Source: Podarcis muralis (lineage: Eukaryota). From it: a DNA stretch of 64,000 bases. The notes beneath the pieces were generated by a model. That model was not told the DNA's origin, made no database searches, and was given only the letters and a program-made list of their open reading frames with translations. Below are positions 56,901-64,000 of the stretch, piece after piece. Numbering within the stretch: position 1 is the stretch's first letter; each line of letters opens with the position of its first letter. The position numbers were made by a program, and so were the translations under genes. The stretch lies in assembly GCF_964188315.1 (NCBI RefSeq), contig NC_135665.1, forward strand, positions 30,132,001-30,196,000. Direction: 5' to 3'.

Positions 56901-59606
56901 TCCTACATTCAGTCACACTATTGACAGGTTAATTCTCAGAAGCCATAATACAATAAGAGGTGTGAAGAAATGGGAGCAGGTTTCTGCTAATGGATAAGCT
57001 CTCAGCTCTGACAAACCATGGAAGGGAGAGGGGAGAGGAGCCAGTGCTGGACTCAGTCTAGGTATCCTAGCCATCTATTGAGGGTGGTCCATTCTGATCA
57101 TGAGTGTGAAGAAAAAAGGAGGAGCACCAATAAATGTTGCAGTCCATTTAATCAATCCTCAGTTCAGTGTTTGTTTAGAAGGGCTTTCCATTTTGTCTTC
57201 CCACTTCTAGGAAATGCCCAAGGCACCTAATACTCAAAAGATGTGATTAACAAAATAAAAGAAAAAAGTAGAACAGACAGAGCAGCAAATTAAAATATCC
57301 ATAAAAACAGAAAGCAGCCAATTAATTGTCAAAATAAGGGGCTACAAAAATGATAATAAGGAGGGGGAGGTCTCTCCCAAGGCAGGGAGTTCTTGTAACA
57401 CAATCCCTAAAGAGTGTGCAAGGTGTGTAAGTCATATAACTTATTCATCCAGAAGAAGACAAGCCAATGAAGCCCACTGAGTGACTTTGTGCAAGTCACT
57501 GTCATACCCAGCCTAGTTTCTCCACTTATAAAAGGGGTATGACAACAGGCTTAGCCCGAACTCACATGATGAATCTCCTAACATTGACCTTCAGCCACTC
57601 TGCACTTGGTAAATACAGACAACAGCCCACTCCTAATGTCCCACAAGCATATTATTTATTTCCTTTTTAAAACATGCAAGTGATACTATGTTTATCCTGA
57701 AGGCCTGGCTCACAAGACACTAAAAGGAACCAGAAGTTTCAAGGTTGCCCAGGGAAAATCTTTTGAAGTTTAGCTATCATAAAGTAGTATTTAAATAGGT
57801 TCTACTTATGTATTTCTTGCTTGAGTATGATCTTACCTGCACGGGAAGGACAACATATTGGAGAATTGGTATAAGCATTAAGAAAGAGACTGCCATGTTT
57901 TCGCAAGAGGTTCACGAAAGGCAAGTCTACTGTTTCATTTTTTGGGTGAAATGTCAGCCTTCCATCCTGCATGCAGGGGGGGGGGGAAGCATTTTGAGAA
58001 TTACTCTGGAAATTAATCAATGCAACATTAGAAATCACATTAATCAATGCAATGTTACAAATCACACTGTAAAAAAATCACACTGTACCAAAACACCCAT
58101 TTCAGTGGTTCTGGATGCAACAGAAGTTTTCTAGGAACATGTCTTCACTGACAGGACACCAGCTTGGTTCGAAATATATATTCCTACAAATACAGTGGTA
58201 CCTCGGGTTACATATGCTTCAGGTTACATACGCTTCAGGTTACAGACTCCACTAACGCAGAAATAATACCTCGGTTTAAGAACTTTGCTTCAGGATGAGA
58301 ACAGAAATTGTGCAGCAGCAGCGCAGCAGCAGCAGGAGGCCCCATTAGCTAAAGTGGTGCTTCAGGTTAAGAACAGTTTCAGGTTAAGAACGGACCTCTG
58401 GAACGAATTACGTACGTAACCAGAGGTACCACTGTATACATATTGACAATTGAAACATTTCAGTGAGAGGTACAATTAAGCAAGAACTGAACTATGTGAT
58501 TTCCTTACTGTGATTTCAGTGAGACTTTGTGACTGGTTCCAAGTTTTTCCAGGAATGAACAACGGCATGAGAGCAGTGACTAATTGCTCAGAAGACTTTG
58601 TGTCATGTTTAAGAGCAATTTTGGAGCTGGCCATTTGCAATAACGCAGACAAAGAAGACAGTCTGATGTATGGGCCAGACATACGAAGTATGACAACGTG
58701 GGCAACCTTTCCACATCCCCTGCTCCCAATTTAAATCAGAAGAAGAAAGAACTCATTGCCAATGACCCATTTGCAAAGTAAATCCCTATTCTGGAGCACC
58801 ATTAGTGCTCCTGTACCTTTTATTTTTTCACTATTGAGCAAAACTTGCAAGCTGCTTCATGTTCACTCCCACATATTCACTTATGCTAGAGGTGTTATAA
58901 CCCCTAGCGTACATAAAGCACTACTTTATGTAATTTATGTAACATATAATGCTCTACTTTTTTCAGTATGATGCTAAATTGTTTTGTATAATGCTAAATT
59001 TCCCCCTCCTCTCCTATCACAGGCAGCACAGTCCGAATGCCATAATCTTGCAAAAAGTTACATCTAAAGTGCTGAAAGTTAACCTTCACTATGTGAACTG
59101 AATTTCTTCCCAAAACAGACGTGTATAGGACTGCAACCCAAGTGTGACACAAGAACATGCTCTCCAATTATTAAGTGAAAGCTTAGCAACAAATGTCACT
59201 CTCAATGCAAGCTCGTTTCGCATGGAGTTCTCTAGCATGTAAATGGCACCTCCAAGCGGAAAAAAACAGCAGCCAGGCTCAAGCAGCAGGGAGATCAGGT
59301 CCACAGCAGCTGAGCCTGAAAGAGTAGACATTTTAATTTACACCATCCCGCCTCACATTCCTTCGCAAGCAGCAGCAGCATGACTGGAAAGAAGTTGCTC
59401 TGGACAGTTTTGCTTTTGTTTTGAAAAAGTCAAATACTTACTAAGGAATCGCACATCACCATCACAATGTTAGGCTTCCCGCAGCTGCTGCAAGTGTAAT
59501 CCTCGTTGAGCAGGGGCCTCGCCTTCACTGCTTCCCCAAAAGCGAAGAGGACCAAGGCAACGAGGTGACTTGCAGAGGTTACATGATTTCTACCTTTTCC
59601 ACCCAT
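35690..59606 (-). CDS. ARSK: Arylsulfatase K, complete, 545 aa; exons 59442-59606, 57837-57966, 55526-55685, 53603-53885, 43889-44060, 40833-41054, 37666-37890, 35690-35970
   Basis: Signal-like N-terminus, KPNIVMVMCDS, sulfatase motif SPICCPSRA (CxPxR), GKLDYTSGHHS, GLNLPHPYPSP, DHGELAMEHRQFYKMSMYE, SEFHGCNVN, LRWHQ. Exons sum to 1638 nt, in frame, all GT-AG. Confidence 0.96.
37275..37601 (-). mobile_element. Sauria-type SINE
   Basis: Reverse copy ending ...GGGGTCCCTTTACCTTTACC. Confidence 0.85.
37666..37890 (-). CDS. ARSK: ARSK exon 7
   Basis: (D)VAGIPIPKNLSGYSL...PQLF; acceptor tttcag, donor gtacgt. Confidence 0.95.
40833..41054 (-). CDS. ARSK: ARSK exon 6
   Basis: (G)EIISAL...DHGELAMEHRQFYK...YPTML; donor gtaagc. 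Confidence 0.95.
42556..42916 (+). mobile_element. Sauria-type SINE with 13-bp TSD
   Basis: TSD CAGATGTTTGGTA at 42543-42555 and 42917-42929. Confidence 0.9.
43889..44060 (-). CDS. ARSK: ARSK exon 5
   Basis: VRYEAIKIPKW...MHPVDYYSSYTKNCT...YYAMCAETDAML; donor gtaagt. Confidence 0.95.
45491..45731. mobile_element. Tc1/mariner MITE, family B-related
   Basis: TA|CAGTGGTACCTCGG...CCGAGGTACCACTG|TA, perfect 14-bp TIR. Confidence 0.88.
47660..51004 (-). CDS. LINE ORF2: apurinic endonuclease, reverse transcriptase and C-terminal zinc knuckle (open from the ORF1 stop; no AUG before EN motif I)
   Basis: RILRLLSWNIAG, LQETW, GDFNAR, SVIDY, SDHQP (endonuclease); KSPGPDG, NYRPISLL, FVDFRGAFDS, GVKQGCILAP, YADD, YRYLG (RT); CRC...EHILFHC. 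Confidence 0.95.
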   Translation of the reverse strand, partial: LNAVNQPPTQKRILRLLSWNIAGWGNKDGDPDLMNFFKDFELILLQETWSTRDIKINGFISYTKPALKTNTKGRPKAGFCCMIKDNLGFEIKQLEKCLPLAQALLLTQKDDTLLLVNVYIPPTKNNSSSENWSQLTFYIENLTDKYPNASLIIAGDFNARVGTNNEQLCSKLNWNIDNDIAHALKIGRFSKDRVVNNEGLRLLELCNNFNLQIVNGSTKGDRSGEFTYFSPRGCSVIDYILVPYNIINSIMDLKIGTRTESDHQPLSLSINLKDETKITKYNIIEPSQYKQMTQLKWSQEMSAAVGQKLTANLRKQILSNLKTTNSYSDIPKIYNEIFQMFVELSTPPKVWVLKHSASPWFDDECFQLKRKLRQIFKNNRTKLEPSYLDEKRKYHYILAEKKQKYATQKWLQLFDSIQSKNNKAFWNLVYGGLKAENQLTLPPIAESKWSQYFTSVFNNLHSEPKGNETTKNKINKLQEWPRVEEEEIREIVKNFKSGKSPGPDGLPIELFKTYIDWWAEPLAQLFTLIDKYGIIPEIWLRSIIIPIFKNGDPKEPRNYRPISLLSVIGKIYAKHLLSKLLTWMKNLNLPGKEQIGFSKGCSTLDHCLILMHLVEKYRSQRQSKIYAAFVDFRGAFDSIDRPKLWRKLAELKIDQRLLILIQNLYSSNTCQVKLNTKGHLSSDILNSKGVKQGCILAPFLFNLFLSDLPDHLQKIESHAPKLNQKPVPLLLYADDAVLLSLTSLGLKRLISSLILYCECNKLSINYEKTKILVFSNGWKLEKWKIRGQEIQQVKIYRYLGILFQSNLGWANHRTNAIKQAKCTSSAVARFYYQKGNQFIPAANQIFQTKVQSQIFYGIPLWVQAYNSDLKKIHSSFLRRTLGLPAVIKYETMCAEIGIHTMEYWAWSTSIKYWLRCHFRCPPSSLLADLLKDSYKSRWYQYLEKKIESLGIELEPLYNSNEQYIFHNILTRLKDVERQNIMAAVNKICSPIFYDLNILDSRANYVTKLIIPAQRRAFMLARLNVFPSAFVRGRYQNIPRNKRFCRCSMNVPDTVEHILFHCPLYSTLRQRVLSPLLGGLEPQQGECVGFCLSDVDQRVTAGVAEFLVAVLQRAG
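51005..52645 (-). CDS. LINE ORF1 (546 aa)
   Basis: ATG at 52645, after an approximately 375-bp 5'UTR; basic N-terminus RRAKRLR and coiled-coil-like stretches; ends TGA directly upstream of and in frame with ORF2. Confidence 0.88.
   Translation of the reverse strand: MRRAKRLRCPDTETDAEPSGFKQSNLDNYLLPQKQHISPPKTSLNSLHGKTVEEISLGINEEKATTPIIEAQVLIDRKVELLEECCLLNAQTVQKIFEQLQNISKKLDNPDERRQLTPFLPSLTSPGDKQNKYKFIPLNQPKTRGSPPHSVNLILRPCEIVLHIFPYRGPLPYWESSFWARHHLNLLLGLEGGSIDLKAVKRLTNDGYSKKVLLRFGSHRIPTKILREKAHLAQKGIIPRRHFEDISPRPLIASKRQNKMNKAIPPEADICPTPVEEPSRWEKPQPATREITQEKSKLPNHATVALNNSLALDTIDWTVPEEEDLLSNFTKLPDKEQINILSKLTKLQARLTEIHQQGQQNAVETIHNQTLHLPALSPKCIVKKRATNGTFKCIDAELQIQPPLEYEMARKNSSNETTNSWLRYQILAPNEIGTPYLSTTKDSNIAEQKMTSNSPDTLSSTPNEAKEMEVETENSPTVHNSPPTTEISQEQGTVKEENQEREEILISRTLKKNLKDPPLCPPPKAATNGCICTRQNPSLDSTTELK
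53068..53307. mobile_element. Tc1/mariner MITE, family B
   Basis: TA|CAGTCGTACCTTGG...GGGTACCACTC|TA; internal similarity to 18244-18484. Confidence 0.8.
53603..53885 (-). CDS. ARSK: ARSK exon 4
   Basis: (S)NRVEAWTR...GLNLPHPYPSP...YWLQR; donor gtatgc. Confidence 0.95.
53946..54300 (-). mobile_element. Sauria-type SINE with 14-bp TSD
   Basis: TSD TA(C/T)AATCACAGGCA at 53932-53945 and 54301-54314; begins 60 bp from the ARSK exon 4 acceptor. Confidence 0.9.
55526..55685 (-). CDS. ARSK: ARSK exon 3
   Basis: (A)MWSGLFTH..ESWNNFKGLDPN...GKLDYTSGHHSV; donor gtaagc. Confidence 0.95.
55998..56365 (+). mobile_element. Sauria-type SINE (second subfamily) with 13-bp TSD
   Basis: TSD CTATGGGTACATA at 55985-55997 and 56366-56378. 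Confidence 0.9.
57837..57966 (-). CDS. ARSK: ARSK exon 2 (active-site CxPxR)
   Basis: DGRLTFHP...NAYTNSPICCPSRA; donor gtaaga. Confidence 0.96.
58193..58434. mobile_element. Tc1/mariner MITE, family A (opposite orientation)
   Basis: TA|CAGTGGTACCTCGGG...GAGGTACCACTG|TA. Confidence 0.88.
59442..59606 (-). CDS. ARSK: ARSK exon 1 coding part
   Basis: MGGKGRNHVTSASHLVALVLFAFGEAVKARP...GKPNIVMVMCDSL|gtaagt. Confidence 0.85.
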
Positions 59607-59649
59607 TTCGGCCAGATCAGGAGCTCAGTAGAGCTCCCTTCTCTGCCCC

Positions 59650-61900
59650 ACCCTTCCCTTCACCCTGCCAGACGATCGTGACGCGTCCCTTGAGCAACCG
59701 GGCTGGTGCATCTCGTGCCGCACCCGCTGACCCGGCCGGGAGCAAAAAGCTCACGAATGGAAGCGACACCGTTCACAAACTCAGCCTCCGTGTCGCGGGA
59801 AACAACGACTCTCATCATGCATGTAGGTGAAGAAAGCGGGAGGAAATAATGTCAAGGGCCGTTGCAACGCGCCAGGGGAGAAATAAAGACGCACCCCCTT
59901 CTTTAACATACTTTCTTTAGGGAGGGCGGAAATAAACCTCGGGGGGAGAACTACAACTCCCATAATGCAACGCCACCGGGAAAGGTTCTCTGTTGTCAGA
60001 GGACGCACATAGAGTTGTTTAGAGTTACCGTTCCAGTGTTAACTGGTGAGATCGCTTGGTGGCATTTCTTCCCTCCTCCTCCTGCGAAGTAAAATTAGAC
60101 AGCCGTCCGTTCTAAACGACGGAGAAACCCGGGAATTCTGAGCAGGTGTAATTGGATCATAGCTGTCAACGTTTTCCCTTTTTTAAGGGAAATTCCCTTA
60201 TTCTGAATAGGATTCCTCGCAAGAAAAGGGAAAAGTTGACAGCTGTGAATTGGATAGCAGCATGATGACCCTTCTCCACGATAGTAGAAAAGAGGGCAGG
60301 AATGTATGCTCCTTATAACTCAGGCCTGATCGCGTGCTTTAAATAAAAACGAAAAACCCAGTTTGCAAGCTGCATTTCCCTTGCTATGCAGGGTACACGC
60401 AATGACCGAACAGTCTCATTGAACTCTATGGAACTTTCTCCCAAGTAGAATAGACTTACACAGAATCGCAGTGTGTACTGTTCATTGGTTGCTGATGCAA
60501 TTTGGGATTGCTCCGCTCAGAGGGTGGTCGCATCTGATGGTGCTCTGTTGTCCACCAATCCCATCCTCGTTGCCAGTGTTAAATTGTGGGTGAACATATC
60601 AGATGACACAGCAATTCTTCAAACAGCTCTTGTTATTCACAGGCCAGAACAGAACTGAACTGAAGGGTTCAGCCAACCTACTTATATAGAGCTCCACTAG
60701 AACGCAACAGTAACCATTTTCTGTAACTATCCAATCACTGAATGTCAGTTTCGATCCCTTATTTGCATATGTGGAGCTGAGTGAAAACCATCGACAGTAT
60801 CCCCCAGCTAGCCCAGGGTGAGAACTTCAGTACATAACAATGTGAGAAATTGTACTGTCTCGGTTGCCCTTCTCCCGTGTCTGAGTTCTGTTGAGGGTTA
60901 GACTCTGAAGCTTTGCTGGACTCCTCTGCAGGTGCTGCCCTACTCTGCTGGTCACACCGGTATAGATGTGATATCAGAATATTGCCATTGGTGTGGTGCA
61001 GCTTAACAGAGTGGCGGGCTACTAGTATTACACTGAAGACCAGGGTTCAAATGCCTACTCTCTCATGAATCTCGTTGGATAACCTTCTCAACCCAGCCCA
61101 CATCAATATTAGAAATAAAGCAACAGAGACAAGCCACTCTCGTCATCAAGAGTAAGCCCTGTGGGGTTTCGATTCGACTTTTTCACAGGAACTGCTCAGA
61201 CCTTCCAGGTGTCCCTATTTTGCAGAGACAGTCCCGGATTTACAGCAGCTGTCCCAGTTTCTGGTTTGAACTGCCCCGGTTTTTTCCCCTTGAAAAGGTA
61301 AAGGGGCTTCTGACCATTAGGTCCGTCCCTATTTTCATCGGAGAAACGCTGGAGGGCACGTGCGTTTAGGACTGCAGCCTCAGCCTACGGGGTTGGAAAG
61401 GGGACTCGGTCGTAGCTGAGGCTGGCAAAACCGCGCCTTGCTGCGCGTCACTAAGGAGAAATACGACTACCTCTGCCACGCGGAAGGCCGACTTGGCGTT
61501 TGACAGCGACGCGCTGTCGGGCCTCTGAGGGGACATCGGTTGAGGGGCGGGGCTAAGGAGGGGCGGCGTCTTCCGCGCGTGCGCGGGACGGCATTGATGG
61601 TTGTCTGCTGCCGGTGGTAGCCGTGGCCGGAGTCGGTAGCAGCCGGTGAGTGACTGTTCGCCGCGCGGCTTCGTGGCGAAGGAAGGCCTGGTCCCTCGAA
61701 GGCTCCGGCGGGGCGTGCCTGCCGTCAGCGCCTGCTTTTGTGAAGGGCCGGTGGCCCTCCCTGGAGCTGGGCTGCGGTTCCTCTGGGCGAAGCGGAGGGG
61801 AAGAAGAGCAGCAGGGTCAGGCTCGGGAGGCTGCGGCCCCTGCTTTAACGAATCCCCGTTGAACTCCTTGTTGAAATCCGGGCATTAACGCGCGCAGCTT
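59650..61900. promoter_or_regulatory. Divergent ARSK / TTC37 promoter region with two CpG-rich blocks
   Basis: CpG-rich 59650-60000 and 61400-61900; ACTACAACTCCCATAATGCA at 59950-59969 (ZNF143-type); GC box GGGGCGGGGC at about 61544; candidate TTC37 non-coding exon 1 donor CCG|GTGAGT at 61646. Confidence 0.7.
60158..60247. repeat. 90-bp hairpin (inverted repeat), possibly a miniature MITE
   Basis: CATAGCTGTCAAC(G)TTTTCCCTTTT ... AAAAGGGAAAAGTTGACAGCTGTG arms. Confidence 0.7.
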
Positions 61901-61964
61901 TGGCTTTAACACCTTAGTCTTTCGCCCTGGCTTGAATTGCGTGTAAAAGGAACTTATCGTAGGA

Positions 61965-62112
61965 TTGCGGAGCTGAAAAGGGACCCTGAGGATCATCTAG
62001 TCCAACCTCCCCCCCCCCCCACCCCGCGAGACAGGAATATGCAGTTACCCCATACGGGGATCGAACCTGCGACCTTCGTGTTTTCAGCACTAGGGCTCTA
62101 ACCGACTGAGCT
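61965..62112 (-). mobile_element. tRNA-derived SINE (related degenerate copies at about 1700-1822 and 23520-23640)
   Basis: Minus-strand AGCTCAGTCGGTTAGAGC (A box) ... GGTTCGATCCCC (B box), continuing into a non-tRNA tail ...GGACTAGATGATCCTCAGGGTCCC. Confidence 0.75.
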
Positions 62113-63086
62113 TTGAATGGGCAAGCAGCAGGTATCAGATAAAGCAGTGAGGGGTTGCTCCCAGGTGTCAGAAAAGGTTATTTATGTATGTTACTACTGC
62201 AGCCCGTCTTTTGTTAGCCCAAAAATGGAAAGCCAGCGAGGTCCCAACTAAAGAAGAATGGCAACTTAAGCTGACAGAATATGCACAGCTTGCAGATTTA
62301 ACATGGAATAAGAGAACAAGAAGAACATAAAGTTTAAAGAAGATTGGAAAACGCTTATTGAATATATGGGAAATAACTGTGTCCAGCTGAAAATGCTGGC
62401 AGCATTAAGATAAATTCAACAGTGTAAATAAGTTTTGATGGATGCAATAATGGAATACTGAATGGTATAGTTTTTGTAAAATACACAGGGATTTATGATA
62501 TGTAAAATGAACCATGGAAAGAGAATCAGGGAAGTCATTGATGTCTTAAGGATATAAAATGAGTACAGTATTTTAAATTGTAAAACAGAAAGTTTAATAA
62601 AAAATTATATGCGGGTGGGGGTGGGGAAACAGTGAGGGGTTGCAGGTCAGAACGGTGTGTGGGGTTGTAGCCTGCCCCACACCCCAAGCTAGCCTCTTCC
62701 CCCAAGTTAAGTAGAGGATGCTGTCCTATGGTCAGTGTTGAAGGTAAGATCCAGTCAGCTTCTGTATGTGGAATGGAAGCGTATCTCTTCACTATAGCCA
62801 GCAAAATGTTTTGGTTTGGCCCTGAAGAGTTAGAATCACCATTGTCTATAATTATAAACCTGGATGATATTGCTCATTTTTGTCCTGTAGGAAGAGGTCC
62901 ATTTAGTGGCAGGACTAAAACAAAACAAAACCCTGCATCATAGGTTTGTGGCATAAATTATCACTTATTTTGTCAAGAAGCAAAAATACCATGAAAAAGA
63001 CGGGATTAAAATAAGACTCTCTTGAAAATTCTCCATATGGCCTGGTATAATTGCTGAAATTTTCTTCCGTTACCTTGCCAGTAGTC

Positions 63087-63176
63087 ATGTCCAACAAGGA
63101 AGTGAAAGCAGCATTGAAAAGTGCCAGAGATGCTATAAGGAATAAGGAGTACAAAGAAGCACTGAAACACTGCAAG
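63087..63176 (+). CDS. TTC37: First coding exon of TTC37 / SKIC3 (superkiller complex protein 3); gene continues beyond the window
   Basis: Acceptor ttgccag at 63081; [30 protein letters not shown]|gtaact, nearly identical to the human N-terminus as recalled; divergent from ARSK as in mammals. Confidence 0.95.
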
Positions 63177-63535
63177 GTAACTAGCACTCAAATGTACAAT
63201 TAAGCTTTCGGCATGCGAAATTGTATGTTCTATTCATAGTACTCCTCTATGATATTTTAAAGTATTTCTTCATCGTCTTGGTGTTCCTTTCTGTATTTGT
63301 TTATCTGCTGCCAAACTAAAAGCTAAAGATGGGCTGCACAGCAGTGGTGTCATTTTCTGTTTCTGCCCTGTTGGTGGTGGTTTGGATGTTTTGTCAACCA
63401 GGCCATTGGTTCATTTCAGTCAGTACTGTCTTCTTTTGTTGGCAGAGGCAGTGTCTTAAACAGGTTTTTTGCTTTAGCTTTGCTGTTGAGAACTTTTGAG
63501 CTAGAAATGTTTGGGATTGAGCTTGGGACTTTGTA

Positions 63536-63890
63536 CAGTGGTGCCTCGCAAGATGAAATTAATTCGTTCCGCGAGTTTTGTCGTCTTGCGATTTTTTTCG
63601 TCTTGCGAAGCACGGTGTCGGAAAAGTTTTGGAAAAGCTTCAAAAATCACCAAAGTCTTCAAAAACCTCAAAAAAGGCTACCACACCGCGTGCTATGAGT
63701 TGCTCCTCGAAGTCAAGTCACAACTGTATTAACGGTGTTAAGAAAAAGGAAACAAACTTGCAAGACGTTTCCGTCTTGCGAAGCAAGCCCATAGGGAAAA
63801 TCGTCTTGCGAAGCAGCTCAAAAAACAAAAAACCCTTTCGTCTTGCGAGTTTTCCGTCTTGCGAGGCATTCGTCTTGCGAGGTACCACTG
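63536..63890. mobile_element. Tc1/mariner MITE, family C (355 bp)
   Basis: TA|CAGTGGTGCCTCGCAAGA...TCTTGCGAGGTACCACTG|TA; GTCTTGCGA repeated about 7 times internally. Confidence 0.88.
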
Positions 63891-64000
63891 TACATGCAAA
63901 GCACTTAACTTTTGGCTCCTTCTGCAGCTTTAGAATCTTTTGATGATAACATCTGAGCATGCACCAGTTCTGCTTTCTTCTTCAGCTTTGAAATGATTTA

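Noticed and set aside
61990-62112. tRNA-like A and B boxes on the minus strand
   Set aside because: Continues into a SINE body, and degenerate relatives occur at about 1750 and 23580; treated as a SINE head, not a tRNA gene.
63536-63890. Regularly recurring GTCTTGCGA units resembling a CRISPR-like or tandem array
   Set aside because: Units are only about 9 bp, irregularly spaced and enclosed by TIRs with TA TSD; these are MITE subterminal repeats in a vertebrate genome.

Overview
Vertebrate genomic DNA, probably from a squamate and likely a lacertid lizard (inferred from Sauria-type SINEs, Squam3-like SINEs and a Bov-B LINE). It corresponds to the human 5q15 cluster. From left to right: (1) the last coding exon of a divergent CPT2-like gene (+). 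(2) A partial SPATA9 duplicate containing only exons 3-4 (+). (3) RFESD (-, 3 coding exons), whose 7.8-kb last intron holds a complete 5-exon SPATA9 (+) and a Ngaro/DIRS-type retrotransposon relic. (4) A deleted Bov-B. (5) Intronless GPR150 (+). (6) A complete 8-exon ARSK (-). (7) The first coding exon of TTC37/SKIC3 (+), divergent from ARSK. ARSK intron 4 carries a full-length 5.5-kb two-ORF LINE with a 14-bp target-site duplication. Its ORF1 and ORF2 are in the same frame, separated only by UGA-CUA, and ORF2 has no AUG before its endonuclease motif, which suggests stop-codon readthrough. Many SINEs and Tc1/mariner- and hAT-type MITEs fill the introns. Gene identities come from my recall of the human proteins; no searches were run. 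Repeat boundaries without a TSD are approximate.
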